Source: the human T2T-CHM13v2.0 reference genome, Homo sapiens
DNA: 64,000 bases
Direction: 5' to 3' (one strand)
Assembly: GCF_009914755.1 (NCBI RefSeq)
Contig: NC_060926.1
Position 1 is the stretch's first letter. Every line of letters starts with the position of its first letter. Both the position numbers and the translations under genes were made by a program. Shown in pieces: positions 14,645 through 31,742 of the stretch. The notes beneath the pieces were generated by a model that was not told the origin of the DNA, did not search any database, and was given only the letters and a program-made list of their open reading frames with translations.

Positions 14645-17321
14645 CTAAACAAAACAGAACTTTTCTTTGTCAAGAACTTTTTCCTAGTCATTAAAAATGC
14701 CTATTTTTTTCCCTCATCATATAATGGTGTAATAAGTTTACACTGATACCTGCATCTAGCATTCAAAAGTTAAGATTTAAGTATTCCATACTGCATCTCA
14801 TTTTGTATTCCTAAGGTGAGAGGTAGGGATACTGCTAGCTGGAATGTCAACAACTTGAACTGAAGAACAATGTAAAAGAGTAATTCTCACACCAACAATG
14901 TCAATAAGTGTATGAATAACTAACATAAAGTGAAGCAAAAGAATCTTAAAGAAAAGGCCTCTATTTTAGGAAATGGGAAATCCATTTTAAAAAAACTCCT
15001 CATTCACATAATTATTCAGTAATAAAAGTCACAGTTTCTCCAAAATACGTGAACCTAGGTCACCAGAACAGCTGTCAGAGGCCATATGAACTGATTTGTA
15101 GATTGCACAGACAAACAAAAGGTAGTGGTAACAAGCACCTCTCCTCCATCATGAAAGTGATCTCTTCTATGCAATGCTTCTTTGTCCATCTCCCTGTCCA
15201 ATCATCATGTAAGATCAAAACAGAAAAACGAGTGGTCAAATGCCTGTATAACTCTATTAATAACCCTAAATTAGCCCGCGTGGAAGAAGTTTCCATTTTT
15301 ATCATATTGTTCTTAAGATGCATAAGTACTGCAAAAAATAAAACCAAATCTTCGTGACCCATGTCAATCTAGTGTACTTACCATTCAGTAATCACTACAC
15401 TAGTGATAACGTCAAATTAGTGGTAGTGGAACACAACAGTGCTGGGAAGACATGAGTGTCTTTGTACCACATGGATTTCATGCTAAGGTAGAAAAGATGG
15501 ATCCATGACCTGGTACACAATAAAGCTTATGTCTAGGGACTTAGCCAAAGTACAGACAAATTTTCTCCAAATATAATCTCTTTTCCAAATAGTTTTTAAA
15601 AACTATTGTAAATACATTTTCCTTAGCTGGTCAACAATTTTTCACTGGTCATCCTGCAGTTTTCAGTCAGAATAAGAATTCCTCGAGAAAAATGAAAACA
15701 ATAAATGACCTGGAACTATGGCAGTTTGCCCTTAAAATCCATCGCACACAACTTGAAGTTGTAGATCTTGCCCATGAGAAGCTCCAAGAGAGTACACAGG
15801 AATGACAGAATCAAGAAAGAAGCAAACACAAAGACAAAGCGCTAGTGATTGCTCTATCATTGGAGTATAAACCTTCAGTAATAAGTGGCAGATAATACAC
15901 TCTGGACTCTTCGTTGCTTTCCAATCCACTGAATTAGACTTTTGTTCCATTCTCTCAGGTAGACCAAGAAGTAGGGGCAAGAAACACAGTTAAAACATTT
16001 CTCAACAGAGACGAAAAAGAGAAATTGAGTCAGTCCAACTGCTTAGTCTCGACTGGTTTTTACCTGCTTGATTGTCTGAAGACAAGAATACACCCTGATC
16101 CAGCAATGAGTATGGTCAACTGCGCAGCCATGAATAAACGTTTCCCATACAAGACTTACACATCACGGCAAGGTCAGTCTTAACTCTAGTTGGGAAATTA
16201 AATGTTAGTTTGTTTGAGCTTTTGGATCTTGATCTTGGCTTTCTTTTTTTAGCACTGGGTAGTGGAAATAAAAATAAAATCAAGCTATTAGATGGGAAAC
16301 AACAGACATTTCACTTTTCATTTCAGCCTCTGAGCCATTAGTAACAAACCTTGGCTAAACAGTAAAAGCATTTGTTACACAGCAAAGGGAATCTTGTCCA
16401 CAAAACTTTTCTGCAAGGCACTAACATTTAAAATGTGCTCAAATGAAACCAAGCTTCATAAGTTATAATCATATTTCATCCTTCTTAAAAATAACTAATA
16501 GCACTTCAAGGAATGCAATATGAATTTCAAATTTTTATATTCTCAAAACTCAGCACTTTTAAACAAAATTATAGCCACAATGTCCCATTCTCTGGCTTCT
16601 TTAATAAAATTATAATTTATCTCAGAGTTTTGCTTTCATTGTGCAGCATTACAATTATAGAACCTAATTTGAAATGTGTTAGAATCATCAACACACACTT
16701 AAAGAGTTCCTTTAAAAAACATCTCTCTGGCTGAAAAGATTCATGCCAGCAGAAGCTCTGAATTATGGATCGAACCATCCAAAATCTGAGTATTTTCAGT
16801 ATTCACAGAGCCTAACAGATCAATAGCTACTTCAACACTAAATCTAAAAATTAAAGACACTGAAAAAAAGTAACAGAAAGGAACAGGCCAGGGTTCAGCA
16901 TCTTCCAAGTCAAGAGAGAGACCAGACTTTTCACCCTTCTTCCATTCTCTTGCCATGGAGGATGGCAGAGTTAAACGTTCTACTTACAGGGGTCAACAGG
17001 CATCAATAACTTTCATTCAAGAGTGATCCTGTCATTTTGGAAGAAAATTTAAAAGGGAAGAACATCCCATGTAATTGGGTTGTGGCAATTTTGCAGGAAG
17101 TCACAGGTGTTTCAGAAGTGCTTTAGAAATACCATAGCGAGAAAAATATGACAGTCCTTCTCTCTCTATTTTGAAAAGGGCATGCCTGAACAAAGACCCT
17201 CCATTGTTCCTGCATAGAGTATTGGAAAACATGTCTTTGGAAGATGACTCTCTCTTGCAGTAGGTATGAGAGGGTTCAAGACCAAAGAATCCAAAAGAGA
17301 TTTATTGGTAAATTAGACACA

Positions 17322-17534
17322 ATTTTTTTTTTTTTGAGACAGAGTCTTGCTCTATCACCCAGGCAAGTGTGCAGTGGCGTGATCTCGGCTCACCGCAACC
17401 TCCACCTCCCGGGTTCAAGTGATTCTTCTGCCTCAGCCTCCCGAGTAGCTGAGATTACAGGCACCCGCCACCATGCCTGGCTAATTTTTGTATTTTTAGT
17501 AAAGACGAGGTTTTAACCATCTTGGCCAGGCTGG
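17322..17534 (-). mobile_element. 5'-truncated Alu
   Basis: Antisense right arm plus part of left arm; TSD aattagacac(a/g)atttt. Confidence 0.9.
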
Positions 17535-17824
17535 AATTAGACACGATTTTTTTTCTAAAGGAAATTCTGTGAAACTGGAGCAGCTACACTACTGTGGTGA
17601 GTCTAGATTTTCCTAAAATATCAAAGACCTGGTCTATCCTGGACAAACAAGTTACTATATTTCAAACAGCATTTTATTTTGCTTACCTTTTCATGGGTCA
17701 TCATGGTTTTCTTTTCATAAAGGGGGAAATCTATTTCAACTCTGTGTTTATGGACAGCAAAGCTGAAGAGATTTTTTTTTCACATTTGATAAATATGTAC
17801 AACACACTGTTTTTTCAGTGTTAT

Positions 17825-17946
17825 TTTTAAAATATGGGGTCTTGCTATGTTGCCCATGTTGATGTCACACTCCTGGGTTCAAGTGATCCTCCTGCCTTGG
17901 CCTCTAGAGTAGCTGGGACTACAGGTGCATGCTGCCATGCCTGGCC
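17825..17946 (-). mobile_element. Alu monomer (FLAM/FRAM-like)
   Basis: ggggtcttgctatgttgccc...caagtgatcctcctgccttggcctc...gcctggcc. Confidence 0.8.
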
Positions 17947-18150
17947 TTGTACACATTGTTAACAATTTCCCTTCCTCGGTTTTGGAAAAATATCAAGTGA
18001 AGTTGAAATTATGTAAGATGTTTCTAGGGATATATTACAGAAAAATTTTAAAAGAAATATATAAGAAAAAAATAAGATGGGCAAGATAGGTTAATGGAAG
18101 GTCTGACCAATTTGCAAAGCTCACATAAAATGCTATGCCCTAGATTGTGA

Positions 18151-18599
<449 letters not shown>

Positions 18600-18729
18600 T
18601 TAACATTTATTAAATATCAGCTTTGTGTTTGTTGTTTTACTTATTTTATGTCAGTAATAAGCATAGAGGTAGATATCATTGTTCCCATTTTACAGCAAAG
18701 AAAATGAAGTCTTAGAGACATACCCAACA

Positions 18730-19135
18730 TCCATTCCTCCCTTCCTCTCCCTAAGTGAACGCCATCCTGGCTTTAGGGGTAGGGTTACAGGTTAGTCCAA
18801 GCCATCCAGGGCAGAACGCTCTCTGAAGACAGTTACTGATCCAGAAGTGGGCAGAGATGCCCAATCAGACAGGAAAACTGACGGTCCATCCCTGTGGAGA
18901 GGTTTCTGACTTCTGAATATGGTGATATATGGCTATAAACCAGCTGGAGGAAGGAGGTGAAACAAAGTCAGAGCCAACAAGGAGCCTGGCAAGGCAGAAG
19001 GACACTCAGAACCTGAGCTCCAGAACTGACCAACCCTGAAGCCTGCCCTGCCTCTGAATTTTTTTGTGTGAAAGAATACATTTCCTGATGATTCCAGTGA
19101 GCTTGAGGGCAGTTTCTAAAAGCATCTTAACTGAT
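18730..19135. mobile_element. Old ERVL/MaLR-type LTR fragment (LTR33/LTR16-like)
   Basis: Weak similarity to remembered motifs (gtgggcagagatgcccaatcaga, gcatcttaactgata). Confidence 0.4.
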
Positions 19136-19519
19136 AAAAGAACTTCACTTCTGCAAGGTCACCTCCAGTGAACAGGCAGAGCAACTATTTGAACCAACAC
19201 TGTTCCTTCTGACTCAAGACTGAACTTCTTCCACTAAACCACATTGTGGCATGAACTTTGAGAAATGTTTCTTTCTTCTCATTGCTATGATCATGAGTTG
19301 GGAGAGCTAGAAAAGATTTTACCTCACTAAACATAGAAAATGTGTTTACCTCATAAAAATGTTTGAAGTAGTGGCCTCACTTGTAAACACAGAGAAGAAA
19401 TGCATATCTTTACCAGAAAATTTCCAGAATTCCATATTCTGTGAAACTTCTCACTTTATATGCATTTAATTTTTAGTAGGATATAAATTCATATGTCTTT
19501 AATGAACTGAATTTTTGAA

Positions 19520-19820
19520 AAGCATTCCAAGTTATTACCAATTTTCCTAGGGATGATAATGGCATTGTGGTTATGTAGAAAATGTCCTTATTCTCAGAAC
19601 ATATATTCTGAAGTATTTAATGGTAAGGACTCATGATGTCTGAAACTTACTTTCACATGGTACAGGAAAAAAGTACTCATACAGAGAAAGAGGGACAGAC
19701 TCATAAAGCCAATACAGCAAAAGGTTAATAACTACTGAATCTGGGTAGAGAGAATATGGGTGTTTGTTGACTTATTCTGTTAGGTTTTCTACATGTCTGA
19801 AAAGTTTTATGATAGAAAGC
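19520..19820 (+). mobile_element. Old L1 3' end (L1MC/ME-like)
   Basis: gataatggcattgtggttatgtagaaaatgtcctta...ctgaagtattta...actgaatctgggtagagagaatatgggtgt. Confidence 0.65.
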
Positions 19821-20114
19821 TTGGGTATGGGGGAATACGGTATGAGAGACAGCATCATAGAGCACAGTGTGGCTACACATTACAATAACCCAGGGCCTCA
19901 CCTCTGGGTTGTGGCCTGGACATAGGTGATTCCAATGTGTCCTGCTAGTGTTGTAAAAAGAGCTAGAGCTTTCAAATCACTCATTAATGCCCTGGTAGCC
20001 CCAACCCCAGAAACACAATTCTGATCATTTTTATAGACTATTTTTTTAATTCATGAAAATTTGCCAATGTTCTAAATTTAACATAGGCATTAATTCCAAC
20101 AATAAAGAAGCTTC

Positions 20115-20732
<618 letters not shown>

Positions 20733-21363
20733 TTATACATACAGAAATTTGCCTGATATATATACTGGGCAACATAAGGAATGTTTGATTAACATTAAAC
20801 CACCAATTAACAAACTTATATTAAGGTATCTGTACTGTGCTGAAGACCATACAGGCAAGAATAATTGAACAAACCTGGTTCTTCCCTAAACAAATCTATT
20901 CATAGAGTCTATGGCCCAACATGCCAAAATTTAATGTATAACATGCAGGGGAGAAAAAGGAATATTTAAAAAGCATTAAGCCATTTAACCTCTTCCAAAA
21001 AAAAAAGAAAGAAAGAAAAGAGGAGGAAAAAGACTCGCTAAAATCATGCTCTTTACTCCTTGCCAAAGATAAGTCACAATCTGTTAAACTATAAGAAAAG
21101 GATTCCTTGAAGAATACACAACTCCAATTCTCCAAATTCAAATTTGGGCAAATTACTTAAAGATACTCCAGTGAGTCTTACATATGGTAAAAAAGCTCTC
21201 TAAGGTCCTATATCTAAATTTCAACGGGCACAAAGCCCTCCTTAATTCTATTTATCTTTCTTACTTGAAATATGTGTTTCTGGGGTATGAGATATAGGTG
21301 AATAAAGGGTGGATGAAATAAAGAAATAAAACATAAATAACAAACTTTAAAAATATAATTCTT

Positions 21364-22159
<796 letters not shown>

Positions 22160-22504
22160 TAATAAGTATTTTATCCTGAAAATATACCTTACAATCTGGT
22201 TGGCTTTTTTAAAAGTTTTATTGATATATAGTAAGTGCATATATTTAAAATGTACAATTTAATAAGCTGTGACATATGTATACACCCTCAAAACCATCAC
22301 AACTTTCTAGATAATTAACAAAATTAACACCTTTGGTGGCTTTTTGAATCATATAGATTGATGGTTCTAGGAGAAATCGTTTTCAGGAAAAGAAACTTTT
22401 CATACAGATAATCTTTTTTTTTTTTTTAAAAGAAGTATCCACATAAGTATCCGAATACTGTTATTAACAGATAAACATTGAGACTTTGGGTTTTTTTTCC
22501 CCTA

Positions 22505-22898
<394 letters not shown>

Positions 22899-23289
22899 TA
22901 AAAACAGAGATTCTTACTATTTTCAAATATCCAAGAAAATGAAAACAAAAGCCACAGTCACATAATATTTCATTTGAGAATTTAAACACACACACACACA
23001 TCAGGAACTTCAGCTAATTCCAAAGCAAAACAATTTAGAGAGATTATATCTATAAATCATAGCAATATATGCAAACTTCCTAAATTTGTTATATTAGGTC
23101 TGGAGGACACCCATCTTGTAGGCAGGGCTGCTCTAGGGAAAACCGAGGAAGAAAGCGTCTTCAGTAACTGTCAAAAGCCTCCAACCCACGTTTTATTCCC
23201 CTTCCAGTGATTCTTCCATTTTTTTAGGAACTTCCCTTGTCCATGGGGCCCATATTGATGTATCAGGCTTCTCAAAGCTATGAAATAAT

Positions 23290-23578
23290 TTTTTTAAACA
23301 GCTTCTCACTCTGTCACCCAGGCTTGAGTGCAGTGGCTCAATCATAGCTCACTGCAGCCTTGACCTCTTGGGCTCAAGCCATCCTTCTGCCTCAGCCCCT
23401 CAAGAAGCTAGCTGGGACCACAGGTGTGCACCACCACCTATAGCTAATCTTTTTTGTGCAGAGACAGGGGTCTCGCTATGTTGCCAGACTGGTCTCGTAC
23501 TCCAGGCCTCAGGCAATCTTCTCAACTCAGCCTCCCAAAGCACTAGGATTACACGTGTGAGCTACTGTGCTCAGTCTT
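23290..23578 (-). mobile_element. Alu (AluJ-like)
   Basis: Antisense atcatagctcactgcagccttgacctcttgggctcaagc; aataattttt on both flanks. Confidence 0.9.
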
Positions 23579-26500
23579 GAATAATTTTTATTCTCAAGAA
23601 ACTAAAATATATCCATACTGTGTCCATATATTCTATTCTCAGGTGCACTTTTTGCTTCCCAAGGTGATAGCTAGTGAATAATAAATGGGTAAAATGTGTG
23701 CTCCATTCCCTTTTCCTCCCCTCTCTTGCTGAGCCACTGCAACAGCTAGCGCAGAGACTATTCTACCCTTAGGTGTCCAAGGACAAAAAGAAAGCCTGCT
23801 AACCATTTTTGCCCAGACTTAAAAGGAAAGATGGATTCCCAGGAAGGCCACTTAAAACTTCTTCTAGAAGGTAAGTTCACTTGATGCAAGACTAGGCTTA
23901 CTGTAGTGGTCCACCCTAGACTTCCCATTAAGCTAAATTACATATTGCCTAATATAAATGATTTAATTTTCATATGGAGCTCTTTTGTCTCTAACTGGAC
24001 TGTGAATACCATTATAGGCAGATGCCATGTCTTACTATTAGTCTCTGATAGCCTCAAGCACTTGGGACATGTATTAAATATTAATAAAAATGAAACAATT
24101 AATGAAAATCATTATATGTTATACTGTATTAATGCTATTTGTACTGCATAGATACTTAGGTATATCTACTTTAATATTTGAGGTGGAAATGAACCCTAAG
24201 CATTTTATTTATTTGTTTCTTTAGGAAATTACATAGTACAATCATAGAAACAAAAAATTAGTTCTTAATGTATACTAGACAAAGAAAACTTAAGATTTTC
24301 TTGCCAATTGTGCAATATAGCAGAGACGACTCCATTTCCATTGTGTAATTTTCAGTGTTACCCTTTTTCTCAGGCTCTATTACAAAGAAAACAAAGCAAT
24401 AGGATAAAACAACTTAAAAGTATAAAGAAAACCTAGGAGAAATTTCAGACTCTGTCCACTGTAAGGTTTTCCAGGGTTCAGAAATGAGGATGATTCATGA
24501 TTTCTGTTGGAAACTATTGACATTATTGTTTTTAATATTTCAACTCAAATTCAAATAAAAATTGTCCATTTAAATGAAATTTTGTTTTAAGATTTAGGAT
24601 TCCTTTTATACCAAGTCAGCAGGCATAAAATCCATGTAAAGAATCCTTATTTTTTTCAGGTCATTATTGTACAATGTTTCATTATAACTACTCCAAATAG
24701 TAGATAACAAGCTGTAAATACCCCCAAAATAGTTTGGAATTTCCATAAAGGCAAGTATATTCATCCCTCTTCTTCCCCGCTATATCATACGTGTTTAATA
24801 AGAGTAGCTGACCCATAGTAAGTGCCCAATAAATATCTGTTGAATTAACTGAATGAGTAAATGAATAGAAGCCCAAAATGGGACGTATAGGTATAAAAAA
24901 GATCAAACTTCTTCCATGAGGCATAGATTTTATAAAGTACCATTTCTGGGAAATATCTTATTTAATCAACTCCAAAACTCAGTTTATCTAATTTTGCATT
25001 CAAATTGTTTAAAAAGTAAAAATAGACTTTGCTTTTTAAATCAAAAGGAGGACTTATTTTTGTTTAATTAAAGCTTTTCTACTACTGATGTCTAAATATG
25101 TCAGATATTTTGAGAAACTATTAAATATTTTCTCCAGATCAATGACGTTTGGTCCGTACAAAAACTCTTACTTACAGGATTTTTATGTAAATCTTTCTTG
25201 TTTAAAAATACATTTTTTATACTCTGATTTTCTGGATAAAAAGAACCCTTAAAATCAAAACTAAAGTTAACTCAAAGGGATACATTTCATTTGAGTTGAA
25301 GCCATAGAAGACAATGAAGCTGATGGTTACTTCACCAACGACCATTAATCATTCCACAACGGTGAACCTTGGAAAATGTCACAGTGGACATGGTCTGATG
25401 TTCTGCCTGGCTTTAAAGAGCCAACAGCAAAACAAAACAAAACAAAAGGAGCTGCTCATTCCGGCTAATGTGATGTTCTCAGGCAAGCCACCCTCCTCAT
25501 GGTCAGGTGGCAATGATCATGGCAGAAACCAACTCCAAAGCTCACCAGGGAACCAGACATGGAATGAAAAAAAAAAAGCTTGGATGAAACATTTCAAGAT
25601 AATGTGAAAAGAAAAAAATCTGTGGGCTCCTCCACATAAAATAGATTAATAGAAAATCAGTAAATAATAAATATGTTACAGTTTTCCCTTGTTACCACCT
25701 CACACAAGCTATAACTTGGTCTTAGGTTTAAATAAAAACTCCTACTCCATACCTTATATAGAGGCAAATGCAAAGGGAGCTAACAAAAAAAAAAACCTGC
25801 TATGATCAAGGAAAAAGAATTCCTATGATTCTTGGGAGGCAGACAGGATAGAGTAAAATGAAGATGCTGCATAAAAAGAAAAGACAAACGTGGAAATATT
25901 AAGAAAACTGAAATACAATGTAAGAATAAAAAGAAGGGTGTGAAAAACAGATGAAATTTAAATAAAAGGTAGACTAGTTTGATCATTTTATTTAATATGT
26001 TAAAGGTCAATATTCAATACCAAAGAGTTATACATACCAACACACGACACATTATAAACATCAATGTGAACTTTAAATTCAAAAAGAAAACTGATCATTC
26101 TAAGTTTCAGTGGGTTGGCTACTGAACAGTAAGGACAATATGTTTTTTAAAGTTGCTTTCTGCTTAGAAACCTCACATTTGAGGATCACTATTCACTCTT
26201 CTTAAAGTCAGTTAGAAGAAATATTTCTTTACATGCCTTATTTGTTTTAATAGTTGTTATTCTGAGTAAACTAGAATTTCATTTTCGCTTAAAAAAGTGA
26301 GTAACATCATGAGGTTGTGACAATTCTGCTAATAATCACAGAGACATAAAACTGAATTCAAAGGAATGTATATAATGCTAATTATATACATTGACTTTTA
26401 AATTTTAATAATTCCTAACTCATTGTTAGGGACACAGTTTCTTAAAATGCAGCCTTTCCACACAGGCCTTCCCTAGCTTTCCTAAATACAAAATTAGCTG

Positions 26501-28950
26501 AAATAAATTAAATCCTCCAAGCCACTATATTTTGAAATAATGCATATTTCACTGCATTCAAGGTAAAAAAAAAAAAAGTTAGTATAAAGAAGGGTCCTTT
26601 CCAGGGATTCCATTCTTCTCAAAAAAATAAAAATATAAAATAAAACAAGATGGGTCCTACAGCCAAGTAATCCTTTCGAAATTTAAAAGTAAATAATATG
26701 ATTAATTTTTCTATTTAAATACACTGCTAATGGAATCTAAGTCTGAACATGTTTTCCTGCAATGCAAATATAAGTTTTATAAACTTTAACTTAATAAAAT
26801 GTATTAACTCTCAAGATACCTGAAGTTTGTTCTCAAAAATATCAACATCTGTTATAACCCAGGATGTACCAAAATCTCAGTGTTACAACATTTAAAACCC
26901 CATTCAGCTAAACCAAAGTTCATTGCTTCTTTAAAAGGTACCATATATATATTTTTGTGAACATACTAGTAAGAAGTCTCTTCACATATAAAATTAAAAG
27001 GAAAAATGCCCATTAGGTAAAAAATCTGAAAGGTCACAATTTTTAAATAATGATGAACAAATATTCATTTATAAATGCTAATGTTTACTTTGTATTTGCT
27101 TGCATTGTGTCCTTCTCAAATGCTTTTAAAAAGCACTTACAACTGACCCCTACAACTTCCTCTGTGAGTGAGCAGAGGGTAACTGCCTTCACTCATGGAG
27201 AGTGGTAAAGGTTAAGTGTAATGCTCAAGGTCACATGCCAATCAGTAGCATCACTCAGTATAGAACTTCATGGACCTTAATTCTGAGTTTATGCCATAAG
27301 ATAATGCATACGTTATTTTCTTCTCCTTTTGATTACTGACAAAGTGTATAGATAGTTATCCATGTTCCTAATGTTAGAAGACAAGGATAGAAATCGCAAG
27401 CCTCAAAGGTTATTTCTACCCTTCCTTGCTCTTCTTTCCAAATAATTGTACACAACAAACATTGTTTAAAAAAAAAACCTGCGGTAATTGTATATGTCTG
27501 TAAAACACTAATAAATACCCAAATGTCCTCACAAAAAAAAAAGCTGAAAGAAAGAAAGAGGTGTGACCTATAGAATAAATGGCACGCTAAAATGTGTCAA
27601 GTGAAAAATAGACTTTCGATCTTGCAACCAAACACTTAAGCATAGGTTCTAAGTGCTTATAAATTATTATTTTTTAAAGTTTCACTGTAGATTAGCTGCT
27701 TTAAATGTATCAAAACAAAAAAGGGCAAGTTTTCTAAATTAATTGTTTTAGCCAATGAAAATGTAATATATTCAACTGAACTGGGTAACTGATGATTTGG
27801 TTAAACGAAGATTTATATACACAAAATTGCCCACATTGTAATAGATATTTCATATATGTGTTTGAAAAGTTTTAACAATGTGATGGAACACTGTAACAAT
27901 TCTGAGTAGATTAGTATTCAGATTTTATTACCAAGGATCTCTAATGAAAGATAATTCTGGCTTTTTATAACTTCAGAGGGCTCAGTAATTAGACTGGATT
28001 TTATTGACAAGTAAAATAGAATGATTCTATAAATGAGGCAGGCGGTAGGCCCCATGAACTTTGCTTATTTTGAAAAATATATTCCCCAATTGAGTAACCA
28101 TATTAAGCGTATGGTAAAGTTTAGAGTGTGTTTTATTTACTAATTACATATGCTTCCTTTATGATTCCTGCCACACTATTTAGTGCAGCTATTTCAATAG
28201 CTAATTATTTATTAAGACTGCTCAAGAGAAAGTTTCACTCTTGAATGGAAAGAGAATAAGGATGTGGTCCCTAAGGAAATGATGCCATTTTAAATTTCAC
28301 AGGATTAGGCTGATACATTATTATTATTAATCTGTAACAGATAATAACATCATATCATCATTTTTGGGACATTCCAAATCTAATTCATATAATTCATATT
28401 AATTATTAACAACATCCAACTTAATGACAGAAAGTGTGGGAGTCAGATTTTATGATTAAAAACTGGACATGTCAGGTATCAAAGAAGGATATGACAGGCA
28501 TACTTTTCAGACTATTTTCTGTTTAACCTTGAAAATAAAAAATAGTTCCATAATGAAGAGTAAATTATACTGTAATTCCTCTCATTTATTCTCTATTTGC
28601 AAAAATTGAGAAAGTGAAAATTCAATTCAATAATACAAATAATAGTATTACTTATATTTGTATAAGTATCACTTATAATGTCACTCAACTACTATAAACA
28701 TGAGAGTAGCATTATTTAATTAATTTCACATGCATTAATTAAGCTTCTTTAAATAAAAGGTACTGGGCACTGGAGATTAAATTATAAATGAAATACTATT
28801 CTTACCCTCAAAGAGCTTTGTTTAACAGGAGGGAAAACCACAGATAACAGCAAATGTGTGATATGTATTACACTTTAATAGAGGTATGTACATTCTATTA
28901 TGCAAGTTTAAATGAAAGGGGATCAACTCAATTCATTCAATAGCTAAATT

Positions 28951-29552
<602 letters not shown>

Positions 29553-29744
29553 CAGTAGCTCTATTTCTTAAAGAGTCATACAAACTCTAGATTAAAAGTA
29601 TAAATCTCATAAAACATTAGGCATATTGATAAAAATTTTGATTATTTTATTGATAACAATAAATTTCTTTACAAAAAATTGTCTAAAAAACATATTCATA
29701 TTTCAAGATATGCAAAGCACATAAGAGTTAAACTTGCAAAGATG

Positions 29745-30320
29745 CACCAAAGACTACTCAAGATCTTTGCATATATTAACTCATTCTGTGCGATCACAAT
29801 AACCCTATGAAGTAGGTGCTATTATTTCCATTTTACAGATGAGGAAACTGAGGCTAACTTGGCCAAGGTCACAAAGATAATGAGGAAAAGCTGGGGTTTA
29901 AACTTACGGAATCTGGTTCTGGAAGCCCCACTTTTTTTTTTTTTTTTTTTAAATTATTTTGTAGAGACCGGATCTCACCATCTTGACCAGGTTGGTCTCA
30001 AATTCCTGAGCTCAAGCCATCCTCCCACCTCAGCCTCCCAAAGTGCTAGGATTACAGGCATGAACCAGCGTGAGGTCCTACTCTTAACCACTACACTAGA
30101 CACCTCTCTAAGACTGCTGGTGATGATGGGGTAGCTAACCTGGAGTGCTCTGTGACATGTACTCTCATGCAACCTTACAACAACCCCTTGAGAAGTCATT
30201 CTTTCCATCTACAGGACAAAACCCACAAAAGCCAGGTTAGAAACGTTCCCCAAGGTCACACAGCCAGTGAGGGATGGTGGTAAGATTCAAACTCTGGCAG
30301 CATGGCTCCCTTGTGCTATG
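29745..30320 (-). mobile_element. MIR fragments containing an antisense Alu monomer (~29932-30075)
   Basis: ccattttacagatgaggaaactgaggct...ccaaggtcaca MIR core; FLAM-like gtagagaccggatctcacc...ggattacaggcatgaacc. Confidence 0.75.
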
Positions 30321-31742
30321 AGGTCTTTCAATAATTCAGTCTTACACTCATAAAAAAGGTCACATGATAAAATTTACTAAACAATTCAAAAAGGTTTTGT
30401 GTAAGTCTTCCTGAAACACTCTGGAAGGTTTTGGGGCTTATGACAAGCATTTCTTTAAGACAGCATTTACATTTAAGTCACTTTTCATCTTTACTACTTT
30501 GGGCTGATCATAAACACATTTCTGCTCTTTAAAAAGAAATATTTCTGTAGCAACTTGGCAGATTTCGGTACAGGAACAGTCTATTCTTTAAAATTAAATT
30601 TAGTAACAACTTATTCTGGTTACTCTGAAAGAGAAGGAGAGAATGAACTATTAAGAGGCCTTTCCTGTACTTTAATGTTTCAAAACATGTTTGGTTTGGC
30701 CTCATTTGAATCTTGTGGACAACTAGCCCAGAACTTGACTCAAAAAGAGTAATACCATTTTAAAACAGCTGAATTCTAAAAAGCAACCTCAGAAGCCAAC
30801 TCTGAGCAACTATTTCTCATAATTTTTACTTTTATTTCAAACAAAATATGAAAGATGCATATGGCAACATCCTCATAAAGCATATATAGACAGGTATTTG
30901 TACTTCTGAGCTATGGACAACCAAGAAACCAAATCAAAATTTTACAAAATTCTGTAGTATGACATTGCTGAACAAGCAATGAAGTACACAAAAGATGGAT
31001 ATCAAAAGAGAAATAATCCATATTTCTCTCATATCCTTAACATGCTCCATTGTGTCCAGTGACTGAGAAATTTAAAACTCTGTGTTGTAATGCCTCCCTG
31101 TAACAGAGGTGAGCTAAAGATGAAGTGTCAAGCTGGATTTCCGTCTTACCTTGCTTTCCCCCAACAGGTTCAAAGACTTCATAACCTTTGATACGGACTT
31201 GATATTTTTTCAATAGGGAACCCATAAAACTATTTTCAAATAAAAACACTAAGCAATGCCACTAGACAATCTGTCTTTCTCTGCTTTATCGCTGCCCTAT
31301 CGCCACGCATTAAAATTAAAAATACCTTTCTGCCTTGCCTTTATTGAATAAAAGTTTAACTTTGAATTAGAAGAAAACGTACCCATCGTCCCTTTTACAC
31401 TTTTTGCAGGTGATAGAATCTATCAGATCACATTGGTGGCTATCACTGCTCTCTAAGCATCCTAAAGACAGAAAGCATGCCATTACCAAATGTTTTATAA
31501 GCGTTATAATGCCCCGATGGTGGAAGTCTGGCAATACCTAGATATACAGCAAGGCTGGTGAATAAGGAGCTGAGGGGCGGGGGAAGCGGGAGCGAGGGAG
31601 GGAGGAAAGGAGGGAGTCGCCACCTTAAATCCACGCCGGACCGGGAACCTGCAGCCCACAACCTGATCCCTGCCCTCCCCAACAGTGGACCGGCCACCAC
31701 ATTTTTTCAGATCCTCCTCACCCAACCCAGCACAGCACTCAC

